Assembly: GCA_030141605.1 (NCBI GenBank)
Contig: JAQGDQ010000960.1
Span: 11,891-75,890, forward strand
From: Tubiluchus corallicola
Lineage: Eukaryota; Animalia; Priapulida
Reading direction: 5' to 3'
DNA length: 64,000 nucleotides
The position numbers and the translations under genes were made by a program. The notes under the pieces are model-generated. The model was not told the origin of the DNA. It made no database searches and saw only the letters and a program-made list of their open reading frames with translations. Of the stretch, positions 54,163 through 64,000 are shown piece by piece. The stretch's first letter is position 1; each line of letters starts with the position of its first letter.

Positions 54163-54906
54163 GTAAGGACGTTTCGTCGACTCTTTGGCCATTACTGTGT
54201 TGTGAAGCCTGATTAAATTTTGATGCATAAAGTTATAATGTACGCCTAGTGGAACTGTATTTGGGTGGTTGCATCAGCACCACAACCTCGGTTGTATCTA
54301 AATTTTATCCCCTAAGCCATAATGAAACTTTGACTGCACTGCGTTGTTAAAACTATTGACTACAACATAACAATTTTATGAATATCCTTCGAATATCCAT
54401 GCACTTCACGAACATTTACTTATTTTTATGTAGGCTTGTGGGTTGACGAGATTACAAACATAAAATGTATCACCATTTTTCTTGATACTTGTTATAGAGA
54501 CAAGACACACGTTAGAATTTTTACGACTTCAGCTAACTTGTCTCTTCACAGTTATAAGCAATTTATAAACATAAGAAACTTGTACTAGGACTACACATTT
54601 TTATCTTTTCTGGTACTTGGTTTAAAGATAAGTTATTGAAGATGTAACATATGACTAGGTTTGAAACAGACAGTTTTACAACTGATTGGATCTCCCCTAG
54701 TGGGAGCGAAACGCTAGACAGATGCAAAACAAGGGTGATTTTTTCTGTATTTCCTGATTTAAATTGTATACATATGATATACGTTGCAAATGCAACTAAA
54801 AATCTAAAAAGAACTGGCTCTTCGCGTGTCAGTATTGTTTGTTCATCAATCCAATAATGTGTCGGAGGGTTTCTTGCAACGCAAGCCAATTTATCGCTTC
54901 TTTTAG

Positions 54907-55017
54907 GGCCTTTGTTTATTAGACCGATGCCAAATATCACTGCTGTTGCGGGCAACAATCTAACTATTAAATGCTCAGTAAGCGGATACCCCATAGAATT
55001 CATCAATTGGGAAAATG
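54907..55017 (+). CDS. Dscam: Dscam Ig6 N-terminal exon (111 nt)
   Basis: tttag|GG...AAT G|GTGAGT. (G)PLFIRPMPNITAVAGNNLTIKCSVSGYPIEFINWEN. Not in the + strand ORF track. Confidence 0.94.
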
Positions 55018-55529
55018 GTGAGTAATATTGCGTTTTGTTCGGCCAATTAAGCATTAGTTTAGTTATTAGGCCCAGCTTTAATTAAGTTTGTTGCTATCTG
55101 CTTCAGAAAGTTCTGGTTTTCAGTATTGATCAGTAATATAGCAGGTTAATTTAATTTAACAGAATATTATTGCATTGAAAATTAATTAATATTGGTGTCT
55201 AGTTTTTTAATAAAGTATTCCTGGTTCAGTTCAACTGAACACTTAAATTGAAGAAATTTTATTAAAAAAATTCTTACGTAATCAGTGAGTTTGTCATGTT
55301 TGGTAATGATTTTTTTATAACTTGATCAGTAATCCAATTCGTAGTAGTATAAGGGTAATTGTACTGGCAGCAAGGAGCCTCAGAATCAGGAGGCCTTGGC
55401 CAAATGCCCAGTATCTTAACATGGTTGAACCGTGGTCTGCTATCTTTCCATCGTGAAGGGCAAGAGCTTTATTAAAGATTTCATTCTGTGAGCGTTATTA
55501 GTTATAATCATTGTTTTGTCAACCATTAG

Positions 55530-55691
55530 ATGGAAAGGAGCTGCCAATTAATCATCGACAACAAGTTTTAGCAGATGGATCACTATTCATACAAAATATT
55601 CAGGAAGAACTTGATGATGGCCAGTATTACTGCATAGCAAAGAATTTCCTTGGACAAGGAGCACGCAGAGTTGTGCATGTCAAAGTAAAAG
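55530..55691 (+). CDS. Dscam: Dscam Ig6 C-terminal exon (162 nt)
   Basis: attag|AT...AAA G|GTGTTG (weak donor). DGKELPINHRQQVLADGSLFIQNIQ...DDGQYYCIAKN. Confidence 0.92.
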
Positions 55692-56982
55692 GTGTTGCTA
55701 ATAAGTTTTATAAAATGATTGATCTTGATTACGATACAATTTAAAACCTTAATAGCTATGTAACTGGGAATGTAGTCACTAGTTTTAATTATTCATTTGC
55801 TAATGCTAAAACCTTAAACGCTCATATTTTATTTTTACGCAAGAATGAAAAGTTAATTAGTTGTTTTGTGCACACAGATACAAATGTTTACAAAAACTCT
55901 GTCCAGAAAACTTATATGACATGGCTAATCTGAGAGAAAGCTCTTATCAAATGCGAACATCATAAATATTCCCAGAGTATGCACAGAATTATATGGAAAA
56001 AGAAGTTTCCGATTTCCGATCTAAAATTTGGAATGAATGGCCTGATTATGTGCCCATCGTCACTAGCTACAACGGTTTCTTGAGGCAAATTAGCAAATGA
56101 AGTGGGGACATAATGTAGATGCTCAGCTTGTGCTACCTAATTTGTGTTAATTATTTTTAAGTACCCTGTGTCTTAATTTTTTAGTGGATTAGTTTTACTG
56201 TTTTTTATCTTCATAATTATAATCTTTTCATATTCTCAGAATTAAGTGACACTCACCTTTTTAAATATTTGTGTCTGTCTTGTTTTTATCCTTGTTGTAC
56301 GATTTTATTTTGTATTTTGCAGAGTACCCCATATTCATTATTTTACATCTTTTGATTTTATTTCCAATTTGAGTAATATTGTATGTTTATTTTAGTAAAA
56401 TTTTTAGCACAGTATATTTCAGTCGGTATTAATAGCCTATTTGCTAATGTTCTTCCGTTGTACACCCGACTTCAAGTAAGGATTATGTATGTACGATACA
56501 GGATATAGGAGCTCGCTGTAGTGCAAGCCGCAGGGCAAGCGAGGCAATGTTCGGAATTTCGTCGCAGATATTAACAAGTCGTGCTGAGTGCGTTACTGAC
56601 CGCATGAAAAGATTACTGCCATTGCAGAAACGCGCCTCGAGGAAAAAGATAAAAACACGTTTCAACTATTATTATTGGAATACATGTACTTAAAAATGTT
56701 GTATTTGACCGTCATCTTTTGGGTATAAAGAGGACCCATTGTTAATGAGTAATTTTAAAATGTTGACTAACGCAATGAAGAAGAAAGTACCTGGTCTACA
56801 ACTTTTTTCCGTAAGTTAGTCCCAGGCCATAGAATTCAATAAGTTCAATAACTACTAATAATATGTACTAATACTGGTACTAGATGTTTTTTGAGCTATT
56901 TCGTTATTAGACACCACAACTGTAGGTCGCCACCAAGTCAGTCATGTTTTTTCGTGTTTGTTCGACGTCACCATGTACCACC

Positions 56983-57385
56983 CAGGGGCGTATTAACCAA
57001 TGGCAATAGGGCGCCAAAGTTTGAGGAGCGTCACATTTTAGAAAAAATTCTTGTTCATCTCAGAAAATGTGTATACTTTTATGTTCTAGTAAAAGGCACA
57101 TTTTATAACACACCACAAGCAGTTACTGAGCGCAACTTTTGTATAATGAACAGGTGCAAGGTATTACACAATGAGCAGTTGTGCAGCCTGCTTGAATATA
57201 AGCGCCGTGGATATACATGCAATTAATATAATAATGGTCACATAGAAACTAGATTAATAGCATTTCTAATACACCACAAGTAATTGTTTAACCTTCTCAG
57301 TACATAAACAGCCATAAATTTACACTAGAGATGGGCGGGAGAGAACTATCAGCCTAGGGCGTCGTAAAGTCTTGTTACGCCCGTA
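56983..57385 (+). mobile_element. MITE family C (hAT-like)
   Basis: CAGGGGCGTATT...TTACGCCCGTA. Flanking 8-mers gtaccacc / gtatcgcc match at 6 of 8. Confidence 0.88.
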
Positions 57386-57646
57386 GTATCGCCTCATCAT
57401 GTACTCCGCGGAGCCCATTACCGTAATTGTTGCCTTACTTTGCACACACGACAGTGCTATACCGGAAACAGGTAAAGCATATTATGCTGTTTGAATGACC
57501 AACGTTAACTGGTTAATGTGTGGATGTCCTGTTCTTGAACGGACAAACTAGTAAATCATTATCAAATTAAAAACCATGTAAGCTTATAGTTAGTTTTTTT
57601 CCTCTCAGTTAAGTAATAGAAATGAACCAAATTCTCAATTTTTCAG

Positions 57647-57749
57647 TTCCGCCAAGTATTGACCCTTTTGAATTCTCACGTCTAAAGCAGGGAAGACGAG
57701 CCGTACTTACATGTGCCGTTAGTGGAGGACATCCGCCTATTGCTGTCAA
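57647..57749 (+). CDS. Dscam: Dscam Ig7 N-terminal exon (103 nt, phase 1-2)
   Basis: tttcag|TT...GTC AA|GTATGT. (V)PPSIDPFEFSRLKQGRRAVLTCAVSGGHPPIAV(K). Confidence 0.93.
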
Positions 57750-58306
57750 GTATGTGTGTATGTATAGTTCTCTGGATTATGCTTTTTTATAGATTCTGAG
57801 TAATTTCTCTAAACATTTGTGGGTATCTTGTACACTTATATCTCGGTTTGCCGCCGGACAAAAGCGGGGAGACGTCGGTCCGAATTTGCCGATTGTCCGT
57901 ATTTACAGATGCTGAGCTACTACAGTAGGCGCCGTGTATTAGCTTCTCGGTAATGTAGAATCAATTGCCTAATTGTCTCAAAAACGTCTAGTATGGGCTG
58001 CTGCTATGCAAAAGTATATAAAAACTGTCGGCAGTTGTCTCAAATAACTCCACGTAATTGATCCAATATTTTTATATCTAGAGATACATGTGGTTACACT
58101 GATGTAATGATGTAACCAAAATGATGGCCCGCCAACTAGCGGTCTGCTTGTGAAGCAACGGACTGTGTCCGTAGTATGCGGGACTTTTCAGCATTGCAGA
58201 TTTTGTCAGATTCTTCCGATATCCAGTTACAAGCAAGGTCCGTATAAGTATGGATATTACTGTATGTTGATTTCCCGCACTCTTGAATTTGATTGTCTTG
58301 TTATAG

Positions 58307-58488
58307 ATGGGAGAAAGATGGGCAGCCAATAGTGTCGGATCAGTTTGGCATAGACATTAAACATTACGACGAGTATCTCACCACGTTAATCATTCCAGCA
58401 GTGAACCCTCATCATAATGGCAACTATACATGTATAGCGAGCAATGAAGTGGCTACAGTTTACCATACAGCCTTTCTTCAAGTTGAAG
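58307..58488 (+). CDS. Dscam: Dscam Ig7 C-terminal exon (182 nt, phase 2-1)
   Basis: tatag|A TGG...GAA G|GTAGTT. WEKDGQPI...TLIIPAV.P.HNGNYTCIASN...AFLQVE. The phase matches the preceding exon. Confidence 0.94.
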
Positions 58489-58935
58489 GTAGTTGCATAT
58501 TGTTTTTTCTGTTACAATCTATTTTTAAGTAGCACTGAGACGGTTAACCGTTTAACCATTACTTAGCCAAGTTTTCTACATATCTGTATTAATGAAACTT
58601 TGTATGTTTTCTGAGTTGGCATAACTTTAAAGTCAAGTGAATCGCTACTCTCGCCCCGTTCATTAACTATGTAATTGTCTAAATGCATATGATGTTACAA
58701 AAGTGCAGGCGGGGATAGATCCCTGGGAAAAACCTGTCAGGTGCGTAAAATGCTAGGTATCTGTGTATAGAGGTTATCCTTACAGGGGTCCTCTAGAGTA
58801 CTTATATAGTACGTAACTGTAAAAAGAGGTTATCCCTATAGAGTTCGCTAAAGTACTTATATAGTACATACTCACCTTCTGCAATATTATATTTTTTCTG
58901 TTGTTTGTTAATTTGACAATTTGAATTTCTTGCAG

Positions 58936-59058
58936 TGCCACCATCTTGGATTATAGAACCGCAAGATACGTCAGCTGTGTTAGGGAGCAGTTTATACGTT
59001 CCGTGTCTTGCGGCGGGCACACCATCACCCCATGTGATATGGAAGAAAAAAACTTTAG
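58936..59058 (+). CDS. Dscam: Dscam Ig8 N-terminal exon (123 nt)
   Basis: tgcag|TG...TTA G|GTGAGA. (V)PPSWIIEPQDTSAVLGSSLYVPCLAAGTPSPHVIWKKKTL. Confidence 0.95.
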
Positions 59059-59177
59059 GTGAGACACATGGCTCTCAGTTTCTTGAGAAGATAATGTAGG
59101 AATCCTGCTGTATGGTTTACAAGTGTGTTGCCTAGTATCAAGGAATACCAGTTGTGGTAGTTTGAGACAATTGAATT

Positions 59178-59943
59178 TAAAAAAAAGAACAAATCGCTCA
59201 GCATGTTGGGTTTATTTTACTGTTATCACTTAAACTGTTTGTGATGTGCTAATGGAAACAACAAGTCACTCAGTATGTTGGGTTAATTTTACTGTTATCA
59301 CCTAAACTGTTTGTGGTGTGCTTAAGGAAAGAACAAGTTGCTCAATATGTTGGGTTTATTTTACTGTTATCACTTAAACTGTTTGTGGTGTGCTAATGGA
59401 AAGAACAAGTCGCTCGGTATGTTGGGTTTGTTCTACTGTTATCGCTTAAACTTAACATAACAAAATATAACAAAGAAATTTGCAAAAAACTGCCTATAAA
59501 GCATAAATTTAAAATAAACTACATCTGAATAGAAATTTTCAGATGTGGTGGTTGCAGCCATTCACTTGAAAATTATGACATAACTAGGAGACTTTGTTAC
59601 TTTTCGTAAGCGCATCGTGGCTTTCTGTAAGCGCGCGCTGCTTAAACTAATTCAATTTCCGCAGGTTACCTAATGTTCACGCAAAAATATTACAAAATTA
59701 GCTATCTAATTTTTGTAAAAACTTTTGATGAAGATTGACAGTGCGCTACTTTTTTCCAAGACGAATGACGTCATTGGAAGAAGAATGGACATTGAAAATA
59801 GGAGCGTCCAAACATGAAGTGATCGCGACTTTGAAGTGATTTTACTAGTTACACGAGGCGCTTATTGCAGTTTTATTACTAAATCCTTTTAACACGAATA
59901 TTGAAATAAGACTAACTTCCTAGAAGGCTTGACATTTCCTTAA
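59178..59943 (-). mobile_element. MITE family F with a ~70-bp terminal segment repeated four times
   Basis: Reverse complement of 49916-50458. GAACAAGTCGCTCAGTATGTTGGGTTTATTTTACTGTTATCAC occurs 4x in 59185-59450. Confidence 0.87.
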
Positions 59944-60437
59944 ACATATTAGCTGTCCTTGTTAGAATTTGAGAAAGTCGTACGTTTTTTTTGAAATATC
60001 ATGTTTGTGTAAAGTTTGAAGTGCTGTTCAAATTTCTGTTGACGACTTGAAATATAGAAATATAGACCTAGATTTTTATGGCTTGCCTGCTGTAATTGTA
60101 ACTGCGTGTTTGTTTTAACGTAACGCAGGTGAATCTTATTACTCGAGGTACATTGATCTTTATGCAAACACAAGCCTTCAATAAATTACAGACCTCTCCC
60201 TGCAGTTAGTTAATAACACAGATATTTACACAATCACTGGTGTTAGTTGCAGCTTCTTTATTGAATGTCATTTCAACCGGTGAAGTGTACCAAGTGAAGC
60301 CAAAAATTCTTCGTTATGGCAAAGCCCACATGGTTAAATGAAAACGTTTGTCGTCGTTAAAATAAGTTGTCGTTAATGATGAGTCGTTGTGCAAAAACGT
60401 AGCATGTGTCCCATTTGTGTAATGTAATTTTTATGTA

Positions 60438-61263
60438 CAGTAGGCGCCGCTTAATAGACTCACTTTGGGACGGAAGTGTTTTGACCCAGTTAACCGACTG
60501 ATTCAATTAGTCAAAGGGTGTATCCTATTACTACTATACAAGTATGAGTCATCACTCATCACCTTAGTATGAATTGCAAAAGCTTTAGATGAATTTTACA
60601 AACGAATTAATGTCAAAAACTCCTATGTGCATTTACTTTAGAAAACTAATTTATAATAAAAAAAGGAAACAAGTCGCAAAAATCTGATTATTACCACTAA
60701 AAGTTACAAAAATTCATGCAAGTTCCGTTGCTTCGTTTCTTCACCGAAGAAGTTGGTTTATGAAATTCTCATAATCATAAAAACGTGGAAAATCTGTTAC
60801 TGTAAGCTGCACATATTCAAGCAAAACACCTAGTCAGCTAGTGCTTGAACTGCAGTTGGTGATAACCTTGTTTTTCCTGTGAAAAGCAGCGGGAACTTCA
60901 GAAGCAAACTGCTGGTCATGTGATTAAATGTTTATCTTCCAGAAACAGTGAGGTTAATTGCAGTGGACGAGCCAGTGACAGATTCTAAGCAAAATGGCCA
61001 TGCTAACATATTAGCACATGTGACAAACAACCGTACATGCTTATAAACAAAGCTGTACCTGACATGACTGTTTTTATGTATATTATAGTGCACAAAACTG
61101 ACTGAAGTATGTGAAGTAAAATATTGAGTCAATTATGCAGAGTTATTTGAGTAAATTACTGAGAGGTTTTTTATACATTTCAATACGGGCCCGTTCTATG
61201 TGTTTGTGAGTCGATTAAGCGATCGAGTCTATTAACCGTGAGTATAATAAACGGCACTTACTG
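60438..61263 (+). mobile_element. pogo/Tc1-like MITE family E
   Basis: ta|CAGTAGGCGCCGCTTAATAGACTCAC...GTGAGTATAATAAACGGCACTTACTG degenerate TIRs. Confidence 0.75.
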
Positions 61264-61689
61264 TCATATATATATTAAGTTACAGTTATGCAGTAAAGTA
61301 GTATTTTATTTTTTATAAGTGAATAAAAAATTGAATTTACAGTCTTAAAATAGATTAATAGATTATTTATTTATTCAGGAACTTTTGCCCTGACTGGCCT
61401 GACATAGCTGAAAATTACAGATAAAGATGTTAAACTAGTATGTACAAGTGTGTAAACGGGCTTTTAAAGCAAAAATGGTAACTCGGTGTTAACCTTTCTT
61501 GTTTTCTCATGTCCTTACAGACAAGAAATCATAACACCAAGCTGCTATTTTTGCTTTTAAACCTTGTTTGCAGATTTGTGAGTACTGTTTGTCATTTTAT
61601 TCGTAAGTTTTAGCCGACGAGGCTCGTTAGGGCAAAAGCTCCTGAAATAATCTGTTTTCAGACTATAAAGGGTGGACAACATTTTATTA

Positions 61690-61812
61690 AAGTTAAAGAT
61701 GACAAGTCTCTGTTCATGTTAAAGATGACAAGTCTGTATTAAAGTTAAAGATGACAAGTCTCTATTCATGTTAAAGATGACAAGTCTCTATTCATGTTAA
61801 AGATGGCAAGTT
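61690..61812. repeat. ~27-bp tandem repeat (GTTAAAGATGACAAGTCTCTATTCAT) just upstream of the Ig8b acceptor
   Basis: About 5 copies. Confidence 0.88.
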
Positions 61813-61848
61813 TCAGCATATTTTAAATGCTTTTTTTATATACATTAG

Positions 61849-62028
61849 TACATGGCAAACTGGGAACTTTCAAATATGATGAACTGGATAAAACCAGGAT
61901 AGAAATACTATCAAACGGGACGTTACTCATTGCGCAAGCGAAAGAGGAAGATGGAGGTGATTATTTATGCCAAGCAAGCAATGGCGTGGGAGCAGACGTC
62001 AGTAAACTTATTCATCTGATCATAAACG
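61849..62028 (+). CDS. Dscam: Dscam Ig8 C-terminal exon (180 nt); gene continues beyond the window
   Basis: attag|TA...AAC G|[14 protein letters not shown]....[26 protein letters not shown]. Confidence 0.94.
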
Positions 62029-63056
62029 GTATGTTGTTTTACTGCTTTTGGTATTGTTACAATAGACATGTTCAATATCTGTGTCTTATGCCTTCACTAG
62101 GCACACAGTTTATTAGGCTTGTAATGTTCATGCTCTAGTCTGGCAGTTAAAATTGTAGACTGCACCACTATAGAGGTCATATAAATTCAAATAATCAAAT
62201 GAACCCCGCTGCATATTAAACATTTTTAAATATAATTTATACTAAATACTTCGTACTGATACTCACAAGAGCTGGCTTAGGCTAATCAGTGCAAATTTGG
62301 CAACAATAAAACATGAATAATGACACAAGTAAATGTTCATAGAAAATAAACGTCAAACTTGTCTGTCCTATGCTGTAGAATTCACATGGTATGGAAAGCT
62401 GTCCCGTCAATGTTCCATTGCAAAACAATATAACGTCTTCCAGCAGTCAGCTGTTCAGCTAGCGAACTTCCAGGTATCCATGTCAAGGTCACACACGTGA
62501 ACGTCGGCCCTTTACCGCCTTGCCCAGACCTCATTGGAAGCTCAATAATAAACGGTTGTAATGTATACGCTCAAAGCAATGTTCTGTTCCCATATCTATA
62601 ATAGTTTATTCTGCAAAAAAATACAAATTTTCTCTAGTCAACAAAATTATTACGTAATTATACTAGTTAGCTACAACTGTTATCTCTACAAAACTACTAA
62701 AATACGTACTAGAAATATACATTTTACAGAGTACTACACTAGACAAGAAAGCTATAATGCATACATACATTGTAGGTCCAATATTGAGTCTAGAAATTCA
62801 AGAATGTCAGCAAAAGGTAGCCAGTTGCAGCCTAATCAGAGGTTAAATTTTAAACATAACAGAGATGTGTGTACATAACAAGTTTTGCCTGTACAATGTA
62901 ACAGTAGAAAAGTAGTCTAGCTTGTTATATTACAATCTAACATATTGTGGTTTCTAATGCATATATTACCTTGGGAAGGGGGTAATGAAGCAAAACATTT
63001 ATTCCTGCAACAAGGCTTTTAAATAATTGCAGATAGGAATTTTGGTTTAAACTGTA

Positions 63057-63488
63057 CAGTCGACCCTTGTTAAACCGGACCCCATTAGCCTGGATATCGG
63101 ATAAGACGGACGTCATGCGTGGTAAAGGAAACTGACCGATTTCCGACCGAGCCGGAGCGCTAAACATAACACGGCCTACCAACTCACCACGAGCCATTGA
63201 GGGGCGGAAGCGGCTCGCGGTGCCGCCCAGGCTGCTACGATTCCCGCCAAAATTCAGTTTGCTTACCCCATCAAAAGCACTCGCTAACTTCTTTATCCTC
63301 ACAGGTTAACTATTTTAAAGTAATATACAGTATAGTATATAGTGCACAGTATATAGTGCAATGTAGATAAGCCTTATTAAGGTGATTATTCCTGTATAAT
63401 ATAGACCATATATAGGCATATCGGTTAAATCGGACAATCGGCTAAACCGCCCCCCCCCCAATTAGTCCGGTTTAACGAGGGTTGACTG
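63057..63488. mobile_element. pogo/Tigger-like MITE
   Basis: ta|CAGTCGACCCTTGTTAAACCGGAC...GTCCGGTTTAACGAGGGTTGACTG|ta: a 24-bp near-perfect TIR with a TA TSD. Confidence 0.9.
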
Positions 63489-64000
63489 TATTAGTACACA
63501 GAAAATTGAAACTGTACATACGTAAACAGATGAAATGTTATAACCATGCTAGGTGATTGGCTAGCAGGTGTATGAAAAACCTATATAAAAGCCTCTACAT
63601 GAAGACAGTCACAATATTGAAAATCATTAAAAAATACAATATAACTTCATATGTTGGTGGTAAAACAGGAAGTAAACCGCATATAAGAATTTTGATATTA
63701 ATTCGTTTATAAAATTCATTTAAAGTCTTTGCCTATTAATGCAATCAGTATGACTCATCCTTCTATAGTAGTAATCACAGTAGTAATCACAATCCTGGAA
63801 AATCCTTGAAAATACAGGCTATCCTGGAATGTCATGGTAAAGTCGGGGAAAAAGATAATTTGGTAAAAATACAGGGAAAATGATGACAATGGGACAAAAA
63901 GTCATGGAAATTGGAAAGGGTTGCAAAAATGATCACCTTGTACTGATATTTTTCCAAACATATTTTTCAGCAATTCGTGTTCAAATAAAATTTTCCTATG

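Noticed and set aside
54563-55054. 163-aa minus-strand ORF
   Set aside because: It is the antisense shadow of the Ig6a exon plus intron, with no recognisable motif. The same applies to the antisense ORFs over Ig1, Ig4, Ig5 and Ig8a.
55692-58935. Array of alternative Ig7 exons
   Set aside because: There is only one Ig7a and one Ig7b exon. The intervening DNA is MITE, LINE or non-coding.
63971-64000. Start of the Ig9 exon after TTTTTCAG
   Set aside because: The phase-1 translation (A)IRVQIKFSY does not resemble the expected xPxF start of Dscam Ig9, and too little sequence remains to judge.

Overview
Eukaryotic, AT-rich genomic DNA, probably from an invertebrate bilaterian; the species cannot be determined from the sequence. 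There is one assembly gap (8038-8462). The main content is the 5' part of a Dscam (Down syndrome cell adhesion molecule) gene on the + strand. I reconstructed 13 coding exons with GT-AG boundaries and consistent phases: a 46-nt signal-peptide exon at 19505-19550 that the ORF track misses, then Ig1 to Ig8 (38053-62028). Together they give 2368 nt, about 789 codons, with no stop, and the gene continues past the window. I saw no mutually exclusive exon arrays, so this looks like a non-hypervariable Dscam. The rest is decayed LINEs, several MITE families (TTAA-, TA- and 8-bp-TSD types), a solo LTR, and micro- and minisatellites. The most notable structure is a ~1.1-kb high-identity inverted duplication that brackets only the symmetric 324-nt Ig1 exon, a candidate circRNA or exon-skipping device. 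Also notable are a uORF-dense 5' leader, a ~190-bp inverted repeat carrying hammerhead-ribozyme relics, and sense-strand minisatellites built from 5'-splice-site-like motifs. Identities were judged by eye, and repeat boundaries are approximate.
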